A program made the translations under genes and the position numbers. From Egibacter sp. (GTDB lineage: Bacteria; Actinomycetota; Nitriliruptoria; Euzebyales; Egibacteraceae): 24,000 nt of DNA. Below, piece after piece: positions 14,611 through 23,505 of this stretch. The DNA lies in NCBI GenBank assembly GCA_003553795.1, contig PWFH01000026.1:84711-108710 (forward strand). Direction: 5' to 3'. Numbering within the stretch: position 1 is the stretch's first letter; every line of letters begins with the position of its first letter. The notes under the pieces are model-generated. The model was not told the DNA's origin. It worked only from the letters and a program-made list of their open reading frames with translations, and did no database searches.

Positions 14611-15429
14611 ATGACCGATGCCTTGCTCTTCCCCGGCATGACCGAGGGGGACATCACCGCGCGGCTGCGCCGGCTGCGGTGGCAGAACGCCGCGATGGGG
14701 GTGCTCCATCTCGGCCAGGCCGTCGCGGTGTGGGCGCTCAACGAGACGAAGTTCGCCCTGCCGGTGACGTCGACCTACCCCGCCGGTCCGCCTGGCACCC
14801 CGCCGGCGCTGTGGGAGCCGCCGATCGGCTCGGTCGACATCGGCCTGTGGATCTTCGTGTTCCTCGCGCTCAGCGCGTTCTTCCACTTCCTCATCGCGTC
14901 GCCGTGGTACTTCCCCCGCTACGCCGCCGACATCCGCCGCGGCAAGAACTCCGCGCGCTGGGTCGAGTACTCGCTGTCCTCCTCGGTGATGCTCATCGTC
15001 ATCGCCGCGATCACCGGCATCGTCGACATCGCGGCGTTCATCGCGATCTTCGGCGCGAACGTGGCGATGATCGCCTTCGGGGAGATCCAGGAGCGCTACG
15101 AACGCCCCGGTGGCTCCCTGCTGCCCTTCTGGCTCGGGACCCTCGTCGGACTCGTTCCCTGGGTGGCGATCGGCTTCTACCTCTTCGGCGTCGGCGCGGA
15201 GGGCTACGACCTGGGGCAGGTCCCCGGTTTCGTGTGGGTGGTCTTCTTCGCGATCTTCGCCTTCTTCTTCTCCTTCGGGCTCAACCAGTGGCTGCAGTTC
15301 AAGCGCTTGGGCCCGTGGCGCAACTACGTCGTCGGTGAGACGACCTACGTCGTGCTGTCGCTGGTTGCGAAGTCGCTGCTGGCGTGGCTGCTGTTCGCCA
15401 ACGTGCTCGCCGCCGCGGCCTTCGACTGA
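14611..15429 (+). CDS. Heliorhodopsin (retinal-binding 7-TM photoreceptor, inverted topology)
   Basis: 272 aa from the ATG at 14611, with SD GGGAGGA (14598-14604) 6 nt upstream. Family-defining strings are recalled from the prototype 48C12: GVLHLGQAVAVWAL, LSAFFHFLIAS, RWVEYSLSSSVM (counter-ion Glu), LLPFWLGTLVGLVPW and YVVLSLVAKSLLAW (Schiff-base Lys). The track ORF starts at 14533, but that N-terminus has no SD. Confidence 0.9.
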   Translation: MTDALLFPGMTEGDITARLRRLRWQNAAMGVLHLGQAVAVWALNETKFALPVTSTYPAGPPGTPPALWEPPIGSVDIGLWIFVFLALSAFFHFLIASPWYFPRYAADIRRGKNSARWVEYSLSSSVMLIVIAAITGIVDIAAFIAIFGANVAMIAFGEIQERYERPGGSLLPFWLGTLVGLVPWVAIGFYLFGVGAEGYDLGQVPGFVWVVFFAIFAFFFSFGLNQWLQFKRLGPWRNYVVGETTYVVLSLVAKSLLAWLLFANVLAAAAFD

Positions 15430-15467
15430 CCCCTCGATGGCGCCGCTCGCCGGCGGCCGCGTGGAGT

Positions 15468-15488
15468 CGGGGCCGGCGGCGGGCCCCG
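15468..15488 (+). terminator. Weak candidate terminator hairpin after the heliorhodopsin gene
   Basis: CGGGGCC, loop ggcggcg, then GGCCCCG: a 7-bp GC stem 39 nt after the stop, with no U-tract. A second GC hairpin follows (CCCGCG...CGCGGG). Confidence 0.25.
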
Positions 15489-15571
15489 CGAGGTCCCGGC
15501 CGCGGGCAGCTAGGGTCGCAGGTTCCCGGTTCCGATCTCCGCGGAGCCGCTGCCGAGAGGAGACCTTCACC

Positions 15572-16318
15572 ATGCCCTCCGATGACGTGCCCTTCGACCT
15601 CTCAGGCCGTGTCTACGCGGTCACTGGCGTGAGCAGCGGGATCGGCGAGGCCGTCGCTCGCCGACTCGTGGGCGCCGGCGCCCGCGTAGCCGGCAGCGCC
15701 CGTCGCGCCGAGCGGCTCGAGGCCCTGGCTGGCGAGCTCGGAGGAGCCTTCGCGCCGGTGACCGGTGACCTGCGGGACCCCTCGACCGCCGAGGCGCTCG
15801 TGGCCACCGCCGAGGATCGCCTGGGAGGTCTGTCGGGAATCATCCCTAATGCTGGCATCGGCCGCTACGGCTCGATCATGGACTGGTCGGACGATGAGCT
15901 CGCGGAGATGGTCGACGTCAACGTGGGCGGCACGCTCTGGCCGATCCGCGCGGCGATCCCGCGGCTGCGCGCCCGTGGGGGCGGCGACATCGTCATCGTC
16001 GCGAGCGTCGCCGGTCTGCGCGGCGGCGACGACGAGGCGGTCTACGCCGCGACGAAGCACGCCCAGGTCGGCCTTGCCGGGGCCCTCGACCGGGAGCTGC
16101 ATCCCGAGGGGATCCGTGTGACGGCGGTCTGCCCTGGCGGGGGGGCCACCGAGTTCGCGATGGGGGCCGGCCGCACCCCGGACATGCCCGGCCTCGCCGA
16201 CATGCTCACCGCCGACGACGTCGCCCACGCGGTGCTGACGTGCCTCTCCCAACCTCGGCACGTGCGCACCTTGCAGTGGGTCCTGCGCGCGCAGCCCGAG
16301 GAGAGCTGGGCGACCTGA
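15572..16318 (+). CDS. Short-chain dehydrogenase/reductase (classical SDR)
   Basis: SD GAGAGGAG precedes the ATG at 15572. Motifs are TGVSSGIGEA (TGxxxGxG), PNAGIG (NAG), a catalytic Ser in VASVAG and YAATKHA (YxxxK). The track ORF 15110-16318 is trimmed to this start. Confidence 0.85.
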   Translation: MPSDDVPFDLSGRVYAVTGVSSGIGEAVARRLVGAGARVAGSARRAERLEALAGELGGAFAPVTGDLRDPSTAEALVATAEDRLGGLSGIIPNAGIGRYGSIMDWSDDELAEMVDVNVGGTLWPIRAAIPRLRARGGGDIVIVASVAGLRGGDDEAVYAATKHAQVGLAGALDRELHPEGIRVTAVCPGGGATEFAMGAGRTPDMPGLADMLTADDVAHAVLTCLSQPRHVRTLQWVLRAQPEESWAT

Positions 16319-16337
16319 GAGGGGTGCGGGCGCCCGC

Positions 16338-17060
16338 TCAGGATCCGGGGGCTCCGACCGGCAGGAGGTAGAGCGGGGTGTGGCGCTCGTCGAGGCCGAG
16401 CACGGCGCGCACCTCGTCGTCGTCGAAGGCGCCGATCGGTACGCTCGCGAGGTCGAGCGCGACGGCCTGCAGCAGGACGTTCTGCGCGGCGTGCCCTGCC
16501 TCGAGGGCGACGTAGCGCTCCGCGCGCGCGCCGTAGCGGCCCTCGGTGCGCTCGACGACGCCGCTGAGCACGAGCACCGCCGGGGCCTCGGCGACCTCCT
16601 CCTGGCCGAGGGCCGCGTCTGCGAGGGCACCGCGGAGGTCCGCGCCCGAGACGGACTCGAGGGCGTGCTGCTCCGGGCGGTAGTGCGCGAGGCCGTCGGC
16701 GGTGGCGAGGAACACCTCGAGGGGGTAGGTCGCACCGGCCGAGGGCGCGGTCCGCTTGCCCGACGGGTCGCTGAGCCCCTGGGCGGCCCACAGCAGCTGG
16801 CCGGTCTCGGCCTTCGAGAGGTCGCGGTCGTCGTAGGCGCGCACCGAGCGCCGCTCGGCGAGGACCTCCTCGAGGCTCCGCGGTCCCGTCTCCTCAGGGG
16901 CCGGGAGCGCCTGCACGTCGCCGGCCTGCTCGTCGGTGGGCTCCATCGGCTCCTCCTCGGGTGCGCATGCGGCCGCGATGGCCACGACGACGCAGAGCAC
17001 GAGGCTACGGGCGGATCGGACGCGCACGGTGCTCACCTCGCCGGTCGGTCGCCCTCCCAT
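16338..17060 (-). CDS. SagB/ThcOx-type nitroreductase-fold dehydrogenase with an N-terminal lipoprotein-like signal
   Basis: SLEEVLAERRSVRAYDD...LLWAAQGLSDPSGKRTAPSAGATYPLEVFL...YVALEAGHAAQNVLLQA...PIGAFDD resembles the SagB/ThcOx family as I recall it. The N-terminus is RVRSARSLVLCVVVAIAAAC followed by an acidic linker. The start is uncertain: in-frame candidates are GTG 17105, ATG 17060, GTG 17036 and GTG 17027. Confidence 0.7.
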   Translation of the reverse strand: MGGRPTGEVSTVRVRSARSLVLCVVVAIAAACAPEEEPMEPTDEQAGDVQALPAPEETGPRSLEEVLAERRSVRAYDDRDLSKAETGQLLWAAQGLSDPSGKRTAPSAGATYPLEVFLATADGLAHYRPEQHALESVSGADLRGALADAALGQEEVAEAPAVLVLSGVVERTEGRYGARAERYVALEAGHAAQNVLLQAVALDLASVPIGAFDDDEVRAVLGLDERHTPLYLLPVGAPGS

Positions 17061-17200
17061 GCTCCTACACCCGCCCGCGCTCCGCAGGCCAGGCGTGCGC
17101 CGCACGGCCGGCTGGCACGGGGCGCTCGCGTGCCCAGCCGCGTGCGTGGCAATCCTCCTTGATCCAGGGCCGACGAGCGTGACGGGCGGAGGTGGAGCGC

Positions 17201-18520
17201 ATGCGGGACAGGCTCGCGGACCGCGTCGAAGCCGCGACGTCGCCGCACCGCGACCGCTACGTCGACTTCCTGCGGGTCAGCGCCCTGGCGGCGGTCGTCG
17301 TGGGGCACTGGCTCATCCCGGTGTTCGAGCCCGTCGACGGTACCTACGCGGTGCGCTTCATCATGACCGAGGAGCCGTGGACGCAGTGGGCGACGTGGCT
17401 CTTCCAGGTCATGCCGGTGTTCTTCATCGTCGGCGGCTACGCCGGCGCGGTGGCCTGGATCCGCGCGCGCGAGCGCGGCGAGCGGCCCGAGGCGTGGGCC
17501 AGCGCTCGCGCCCGGCGCCTGCTGCGCCCCCTGCTGCCCCTCCTCGTGCTGTGGGTGGGTCTCGTCGTGCTCGGCGACGCGCTCGGCGTCGAGGGGCGCT
17601 ACCTCACGCTGGCCTCCCAGAGCGCCCTCGTCGCGTCGTGGTTCATCGCCGTCTACGTCGTCGTGACCGTCGCGGTGCCGGTGACGCTGCGCCTCGACGC
17701 GCGGGTGGGGCTGTGGCTGCCGGTCGCGCTCGTCGCGCTCGTGGCCGTTGCCGATGCCCTCGCCGCGGCGGGCCTCGACGAGGCGCAGTGGACGAGCTTC
17801 CTCTGGGTGTGGTTCGCCGTGCACCAGCTTGGGATCGTCTGGCATCGCCGGGGGCTGCCCACGCCGGCGCAGGGCGCGCTGCTGCTCCTCGCGGGGCTCG
17901 CCGCCCTCGGGGCGCTCGTCGGGCTCGCGGGCTACCCCGTCGACATGGTCGCCGAGGTCGACGGCGCGACGAACGCCACCCCCCCGTCGCTGGCGATGCC
18001 CGCCCTGGCCACCGCCCAGCTCGGCCTCATCGCCCTGCTGCGCGCACCGCTCGAGCGGGCGCTGTCGCGACCGGGGATCTGGGCGCTCGTCGCGCTCGCG
18101 GGCTCGCGGATAATGACGGTGTTCCTGTGGCACATGACCGCGCTCGTGGCCGTCGCCGTCGGCCTCGACGCGGCGGGGGCGCTGCCGCTCGCCGCGGCGC
18201 TCGGGTGGGGCTGGTGGGTGAGCCGTCCGGTGTGGCTCGCGCTGTGCGCCGCGGCGCTCGCCGTGCTCGTCGTGGTGGCCGGTCGTGCCGAGCGCCCACC
18301 GCGCCTCACGCCGGCGAGGGTGCCGCGACCGGTCGCCGTGGCCGTCGGGGCGCTCGGCGTCGCGGTCGCGTTGGGCACCCTCGCGGCCGGGGGCGTCCAC
18401 GACCCCGACGGTCCGCTGGGGCTCGCGGCCTGGCCGCTCGCCGGCCTCGTCGCAGCCCTCGCGCTGCTGGGGGTGCTCAGCCCGGCCCGCCGTGGCGAGG
18501 GCGGCGTCGGCGCCCGCTGA
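17201..18520 (+). CDS. Acyltransferase-3 family integral membrane protein
   Basis: About 10 TM helices. The N-terminal RDRYVDFLRVSALAAVVVGHW resembles the acyltransferase-3 signature. The ATG at 17201 lies 8 nt after GGAGG (17188-17192); the track start GTG 17192 is an alternative. Confidence 0.6.
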   Translation: MRDRLADRVEAATSPHRDRYVDFLRVSALAAVVVGHWLIPVFEPVDGTYAVRFIMTEEPWTQWATWLFQVMPVFFIVGGYAGAVAWIRARERGERPEAWASARARRLLRPLLPLLVLWVGLVVLGDALGVEGRYLTLASQSALVASWFIAVYVVVTVAVPVTLRLDARVGLWLPVALVALVAVADALAAAGLDEAQWTSFLWVWFAVHQLGIVWHRRGLPTPAQGALLLLAGLAALGALVGLAGYPVDMVAEVDGATNATPPSLAMPALATAQLGLIALLRAPLERALSRPGIWALVALAGSRIMTVFLWHMTALVAVAVGLDAAGALPLAAALGWGWWVSRPVWLALCAAALAVLVVVAGRAERPPRLTPARVPRPVAVAVGALGVAVALGTLAAGGVHDPDGPLGLAAWPLAGLVAALALLGVLSPARRGEGGVGAR

Positions 18521-18633
18521 GGCCCCCGTCGCGGGCATCTCGGCAACGCCGGTGACGCTCGGCACGCACACGGGCGAGGGAGCGGGCACGCTCCGGACGG
18601 TAGCGCGCAGTCCTGAGCCCTCGGAGGTCCCCC

Positions 18634-19164
18634 ATGGCCGATACCGCTCGACGCCTCCGGCCCACGGCCCTCCTCGTCGTCGCGGTCGTGGCCGTCGCCG
18701 TCGTCGCCTGGGCCGCGTCGGACTCGGTGACCGCCGAGCGCGAGGCCGCCACGCTGCCCGACGTCGCGCTCGTCGACCTCACCGACGACACCCGGGAGGT
18801 CACCCTCGCCGAGCTCACCGGGCAGCCGCTCGTGGTGAACTTCTACGCCTCGTGGTGCCCTCCCTGCGTCGGTGAGATGCGTGAGGCCTTCGGTCCGGTC
18901 GACCGGGAGCGCGAGGACGTCGTGTTCGTCGGCGTCGCGCTGCAGGATGACCCCGACGCCGCGCTCGACGTCGCCCGCCGCACCGACGTCGACTACGCCC
19001 TCGTCGCCGATGCTGACGGTGCCCTCTACCAGGCCTTCGGCCTCGCGTCGATGCCGGCGACGGTCTACCTCGGCCCCGACGGCGAGGAGCGTGGTCGCCA
19101 CAACGGCGCGCTCACCCGCGCCCAGCTCGAGTCGCAGATCGCCGAGCACCTCGACCGGCCATGA
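18634..19164 (+). CDS. TlpA/ResA-family membrane-anchored thiol-disulfide oxidoreductase
   Basis: SD GGAGG lies 6 nt before the ATG. There is an N-terminal anchor (ALLVVAVVAVAVVAWAA) and a thioredoxin fold with FYASWCPPCVGEM (CxxC). Confidence 0.85.
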   Translation: MADTARRLRPTALLVVAVVAVAVVAWAASDSVTAEREAATLPDVALVDLTDDTREVTLAELTGQPLVVNFYASWCPPCVGEMREAFGPVDREREDVVFVGVALQDDPDAALDVARRTDVDYALVADADGALYQAFGLASMPATVYLGPDGEERGRHNGALTRAQLESQIAEHLDRP

Positions 19165-20114
19165 GCGAGCTTCCGCTGCTGTTCGCCTTCACCGCGGGCC
19201 TGCTCGCCACGGTGAACCCGTGCGGCTTCGCGATGCTGCCCGCCTACCTCTCGTTCTTCCTCGGCCTCGACGCCGGCGACGCCGGCGACGGCGGGACGGC
19301 ACCGCGGCGCTCCGCCGGCGCTGCGGCCGGCATCGCCCTCGGCGTCGGAGGGCTCACCGCCGCGGGCTTCGTCGTCGTCTTCGGCGGTGTCGGCCTGCTG
19401 CTCGCCCTCGGCATCGAGTGGATCGTCCCCGCGATGCCGTGGACCGCCATCGCCGTGGGCGTCGGCGTCGTCGGGCTCGGCGGCTGGCTGCTCGCCGGGC
19501 GCACCATGCCGGTCCCGGCGCTGCGCGCCGGTGGGGGCGCCGGTGCCCGGGGCGCCTTCGCCTTCGGGGTGAGCTACGCCCTCGCCTCGCTGTCCTGCAC
19601 GCTGCCGGTGCTGCTCACCGTCATCGCCGCCGCCTTCGCCCAGCCCACCCTCGGCGCGCGCTTCGCCGTCGTCGGCGCCTACCTCGCCGGCATGACCGGC
19701 CTCCTGCTCGCGGTGACCGTCGCGCTCGGCGTCGGCAAGGCCTCGCTCGTGCGCCGCCTGCGTGCGCTCACCCCGATGCTCCAGCGCCTCGCCGGCGGCG
19801 TGCTCGTGCTCGCGGGGCTGTGGGTCATCGCCTACTGGGCGGTCATCCTCGCCACGGGCCTGCCCGCCGAGGAGGTCGCCCTCGTCGACCGCAGCGCCGC
19901 GGTCATCACCGACGCGCTCGCGCGGCGGCCGCTGACCGCCGGCGGCCTCGCGCTCGTCGTGGTCGCCGCCGGCGCGCTGCTCGCCTGGCGCGAGCGGTCA
20001 GCCGCCCGCGCCGTCCGCGACCGCGAGCGCTGCGAGGGCGTGTGCGCGCGGGCGCGGCGCACCGCCCGGGACGCCGCCGAGCGGGAGGATCAGCCCTCGC
20101 GCAGTGAGCGGTAG
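19161..20114 (+). CDS. ccdA: Cytochrome c biogenesis / DsbD-type thiol-reductant transporter CcdA
   Basis: ATGA overlap with the upstream thioredoxin gene. It is polytopic, with the two conserved Cys motifs ([17 protein letters not shown] and [14 protein letters not shown]). An Arg/Glu-rich C-terminal tail overlaps the pgi 3' end by 25 nt. Confidence 0.8.
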   Translation: MSELPLLFAFTAGLLATVNPCGFAMLPAYLSFFLGLDAGDAGDGGTAPRRSAGAAAGIALGVGGLTAAGFVVVFGGVGLLLALGIEWIVPAMPWTAIAVGVGVVGLGGWLLAGRTMPVPALRAGGGAGARGAFAFGVSYALASLSCTLPVLLTVIAAAFAQPTLGARFAVVGAYLAGMTGLLLAVTVALGVGKASLVRRLRALTPMLQRLAGGVLVLAGLWVIAYWAVILATGLPAEEVALVDRSAAVITDALARRPLTAGGLALVVVAAGALLAWRERSAARAVRDRERCEGVCARARRTARDAAEREDQPSRSER

Positions 20115-21718
20115 CGCCGGATGAGGGCGTTGGTCGAGCTGTCGTGGACGAGCTCGGGCTCGGCGGCGGACTGCAGCTCCGGGGAGATGCGCCCGGCGAG
20201 CACCTTGCCGAGCTCGACGCCCCACTGGTCGAAGGAGTTGATGTCCCAGAGCACGCCCTGGGTGAAGACCTTGTGCTCGTAGAGCGCGACGAGCTGGCCG
20301 AGCACCCGCGGGGTGAGCGACGGCGCGAGGATCGTGCTCGAGGGCCGGTTGCCCGGGAAGGTCCGGTGGGGGATGAGCTCGTCGGCGACCCCCTCGGCGG
20401 CCACCGCGGCGGCGGGCTTGCCGAACGCGAGCGCCTCGGACTGCGCGAGGAGGTTCGCCGCGAGGAGGTCGTGGTGCAGCTGATGGGGGTGGGTGGGCCG
20501 GGCGGTGCCGATGAAGTCGCACGGCACGAGCTCGGTGCCCTGGTGCAGCAGCTGGTAGAAGGCGTGCTGGCCGTTGGTGCCGGGCTTGCCCCAGACGACC
20601 GGGCCGGTGTGCCAGCCGACCTCCTCGCCCTCGAGGGTCACGCGCTTGCCGTTGCTCTCCATGTCGAGTTGCTGGAGGTAGGCGGGGAAGCGCGCGAGCT
20701 CCTCGCTGTAGGGCAGGACCGCGTGGCTGGCCGCCCCGAAGAAGTTCACGTACCACACGCCGAGGAGGCCGAGCAGCGCGGGCATGTTCGCCTCGAGGGG
20801 GGCGCTGCGGAAGTGCTCGTCCATCGTGTGGAAGCCCTCGAGCATCTGCGTGAAGCCCTCGGGCCCGAGGGCGACCATGAGGGAGAGCCCGATCGCCGAG
20901 GTCATCGAGTAGCGGCCGCCGACCCAGTCCCAGAACTCGAACATGTTCTCGCGGTCGATGCCGAAGGCCTCGACCTTCTCCGCGGCGGTCGACACCGCGG
21001 CGAAGTGCGAGGCGACGGCGTCGTCGCCGAGCGCGCCGGTGAGCCAGTCCCGTGCGGTCGTGGCGTTCGTGAGCGTCTCGAGGGTCGTGAAGGTCTTCGA
21101 GCAGACGATGAAGAGGGTCTCGGCGGGGTCGAGGTCGCGCAGCGACTCGGTGACGTCGGTGCCGTCGATGTTCGAGACGAAGCGGAAGGTCAGCGAGCGG
21201 TCGCTGTGCGCCTTGAGCGCCTCGTAGGCCATCGCCGGGCCGAGGTCGGAGCCGCCGATGCCGATGTTCACGACGTTGCGGATCGGCTTGCCGGTGTGGC
21301 CGGTCCACGCGCCGTCACGGACGCGGTCGGCGAAGTCGGCCATGCGGTCGAGCACGCGGTGCACGGCGGGGACGACGTTCTCGCCGTCGACGGTGATCTC
21401 GGCGTCGGCGGGCGCCCGCAGGGCGGTGTGCAGGACCGCGCGGTCCTCGGTGGTGTTGATGCGCTCCCCGGCGAACATCGCCTCGATGCGTCCCGGCAGG
21501 TCGGCGCGGCGGGCCAGCGAGACCAGCAGGGCGATCGTGTGGTCGGTGACGCGATGCTTGGCGTAGTCGAGGTAGAGGTCGCCGACCTCCAGGCTCATCC
21601 GCTCGCCGCGGTCGGGATCCTCATCGAAGAGGTCGCGGAGGTGGGTGTCGGCCATCGCGGCGTGGTGCCGCTCGAGGGCGGCCCACTCGTCGGTGTCGGT
21701 GAGGGGCGCTGCGTCCAC
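20090..21718 (-). CDS. pgi: Glucose-6-phosphate isomerase
   Basis: 542 aa from the GTG at 21718, with SD GAAGGAG 5 nt upstream. Motifs are [40 protein letters not shown] and [11 protein letters not shown]. The 1135-aa track ORF is a read-through extension of this frame. Confidence 0.9.
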   Translation of the reverse strand: MDAAPLTDTDEWAALERHHAAMADTHLRDLFDEDPDRGERMSLEVGDLYLDYAKHRVTDHTIALLVSLARRADLPGRIEAMFAGERINTTEDRAVLHTALRAPADAEITVDGENVVPAVHRVLDRMADFADRVRDGAWTGHTGKPIRNVVNIGIGGSDLGPAMAYEALKAHSDRSLTFRFVSNIDGTDVTESLRDLDPAETLFIVCSKTFTTLETLTNATTARDWLTGALGDDAVASHFAAVSTAAEKVEAFGIDRENMFEFWDWVGGRYSMTSAIGLSLMVALGPEGFTQMLEGFHTMDEHFRSAPLEANMPALLGLLGVWYVNFFGAASHAVLPYSEELARFPAYLQQLDMESNGKRVTLEGEEVGWHTGPVVWGKPGTNGQHAFYQLLHQGTELVPCDFIGTARPTHPHQLHHDLLAANLLAQSEALAFGKPAAAVAAEGVADELIPHRTFPGNRPSSTILAPSLTPRVLGQLVALYEHKVFTQGVLWDINSFDQWGVELGKVLAGRISPELQSAAEPELVHDSSTNALIRRYRSLREG

Positions 21719-21757
21719 GTCGACTCCTTCTCGGTTGGTGCCGTCGCCCCCGATCAT

Positions 21758-21791
21758 CGCGCGCGGCTGCGGCCTACGCGACCCGCGCGCG
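21758..21791 (-). terminator. Candidate terminator hairpin after the L,D-transpeptidase gene
   Basis: CGCGCGCGG (21758-21766) pairs with CCGCGCGCG (21783-21791) in a 9-bp GC stem, beginning 17 nt past the stop at 21808. No U-tract. It could also belong to the pgi promoter region. Confidence 0.3.
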
Positions 21792-21807
21792 GCCCGGCCG
21801 GGGTGGC

Positions 21808-23361
21808 CTACTCCCGGATCGACACGACCGTCGTGCCCTGCGGGATGCGGTCGTAGAGCTCGACGACGTCGGGGTTGGAGAGTCGGACGCAGCCGTTGGA
21901 GGACGCCCGGCCGATCGAGCCGACGTTGGAGGTGCCGTGGAAGCGGATGAGGGTGTCGCGGCCGCCGTCGTTCCAGTTGAGGGCGCGCACGCCGAGGGGG
22001 TTGGTGGGGCCGGGGCCGATGACGTCGGGCATGTCCGCCCCCCAGCGGTCCGGTGCGGGGTTGTGCCAGGTCGGCAGGTGGCGCTTCGCGCCGATGTGGA
22101 ACGTCCCCACCGGCGTCGGCTGCTCGCCGGTGCCGACCGCGACCGGCCAGTCCGCGACGATCTCCCCGTCGCGGTAGTGGTAGAGGCGGCGCTCGTGCTG
22201 GCGCACGAGCAGGACGTCGCGCAGGTCCTCGCCGGTGCGCTCGGGCGCGAGCGTGGTCACGGGCAGGTCCACCGCGTCGCGACCCTCGTCGACGGCGTCG
22301 GCGACGGCGGAGGCGGCCGCCGCGCGATCGAGCCCGAGGCCCTCCGCGGCATCGGTGAAGGCGAGCCAGCCCCCCGAGGTGGTCACGCTCGCGTCGATGG
22401 GCGCGACGTCGACGTCTGCGGCGAGCTCGGCGAGGGTGGCCTCGACCGCCGCCGCGTCGAGGTCGACGGGGATGCGGGGCCGCTGGACGAGCGCACCGGC
22501 CGGGTCGTGGCCGGCGGCGGCGCGTGCGGCGGCGTGCTCGAGGAGGGCCGCGAGGCGCGGACGGGCCCCGAGGTCGGCCGCGGTCACCTCGTGGGCGACG
22601 TCGCCGGCGGTGAGCGTGACGGGCGCGTCGAGCCGCTCGCGCACCGCCGCGTCGACGTCGGCCCGCAAGCGGGTGGCGTCGGCGCGGTCGAGGGTCGCGG
22701 GCAGCTCCTCGACGCTGAGCTCGAGGGTCGCCGCGCCCTCGGCGATGGCCCTGCGCACCGCCGCCTCGCCGTCGGCCACGTCGAGCCGCTGCCCCGTCGC
22801 GTCGCCGACGACGACGGTGTCGTGCCCCGTCCAGACGAGGCTCGCCGGGGTCGGTTCGACGTCGACGGCCGCCGCGATGTCGGCAAGCCACGCGGCGACG
22901 GTGTCGTCGTCGAGGCCGAGATCGTCGGGCACCTTGGCCTCGGCCTCGGCCTCGGCACCGATCCAGCGCAGGGCGGCGAGCCGCCACCAGCCCGTCCGGC
23001 TCGCAGCCTCGGCGGCGGTCGCGACCGCCGCCTCGGCGTCGACGCTGCCGCCGAGGTGGCGCGCGGTCGTCGTCCATGCCTCGGTGCCGAGGCGGGCGGT
23101 GACCTCGGCGTCGAGGCGGTCCTCGACCGACGCGGCGACGAGCGACGTGGCCTCGACGACGGTGAGCCCGCCGACGTCGACGCCGGCGACGGTCGCGCCG
23201 GGCAGGAGCCGCTCGCCGGCACGGTGCTCCAGCACCCACACCGCCGTGGCGACCGAGAGCGTGGCCACGAGGGCGACGAGCACGGCGGCCGCCACGACCG
23301 GCCGGTGGGGGAGCGCGCGAAGGCGTCGCGCGAGGGGGCGGGCGCCCTCGATGCCGCTCAC
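21808..23361 (-). CDS. L,D-transpeptidase with a long N-terminal Ala/Asp-rich extracytoplasmic region
   Basis: The C-terminal YkuD domain has [20 protein letters not shown] (catalytic His/Cys). There is an N-terminal TM anchor ([23 protein letters not shown]). The 517-aa start is uncertain, because the GTG at 23361 abuts GGGAGG with no spacer. Confidence 0.8.
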   Translation of the reverse strand: MSGIEGARPLARRLRALPHRPVVAAAVLVALVATLSVATAVWVLEHRAGERLLPGATVAGVDVGGLTVVEATSLVAASVEDRLDAEVTARLGTEAWTTTARHLGGSVDAEAAVATAAEAASRTGWWRLAALRWIGAEAEAEAKVPDDLGLDDDTVAAWLADIAAAVDVEPTPASLVWTGHDTVVVGDATGQRLDVADGEAAVRRAIAEGAATLELSVEELPATLDRADATRLRADVDAAVRERLDAPVTLTAGDVAHEVTAADLGARPRLAALLEHAAARAAAGHDPAGALVQRPRIPVDLDAAAVEATLAELAADVDVAPIDASVTTSGGWLAFTDAAEGLGLDRAAAASAVADAVDEGRDAVDLPVTTLAPERTGEDLRDVLLVRQHERRLYHYRDGEIVADWPVAVGTGEQPTPVGTFHIGAKRHLPTWHNPAPDRWGADMPDVIGPGPTNPLGVRALNWNDGGRDTLIRFHGTSNVGSIGRASSNGCVRLSNPDVVELYDRIPQGTTVVSIRE

Positions 23362-23459
23362 CTCCCACTCGTCCCCTCGTCAGCCCCGCCGTGTCAGGGC
23401 GCAGCCAGCGAAACGTAGCGTGAGGTAGACGCGCCGTCGAGCCATCTTGGGCCCTACTC

Positions 23460-23494
23460 GAACCCGGGCGCGCGTGTAGCGCGCGCCCGGGTTC
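23460..23494 (-). terminator. Strong stem-loop terminator after the DUF4015-like gene
   Basis: GAACCCGGGCGCGCG (23460-23474), loop tgtag, then CGCGCGCCCGGGTTC (23480-23494). This is a perfect 15-bp stem starting 12 nt past the TAG at 23506-23508. No U-tract. Confidence 0.6.
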
Positions 23495-23505
23495 CACAGC
23501 AGGAA

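Noticed and set aside
16326-16337. Palindrome GCGGGCGCCCGC between the convergent SDR and SagB-type genes as a bidirectional terminator
   Set aside because: It allows only about a 4-bp stem once a loop is included, which is too weak to call.
23441-23455. Another CATCTTGGG (the NrdR-box half-site string) about 85 nt upstream of the L,D-transpeptidase gene
   Set aside because: Only the right half-site is present (CGAGCCATCTTGGG) and there is no tandem partner at 31-32 nt. A single 9-mer recurrence in 48 kb of two-strand sequence is compatible with chance.
20090-23497. 1135-aa minus-strand ORF
   Set aside because: Only the C-terminal 542 aa are Pgi-like. The upstream part is Arg/Pro/Gly-rich nonsense in a different frame from the real L,D-transpeptidase gene on the same strand. 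A GTG with a good SD at 21718 gives a normal-length Pgi.
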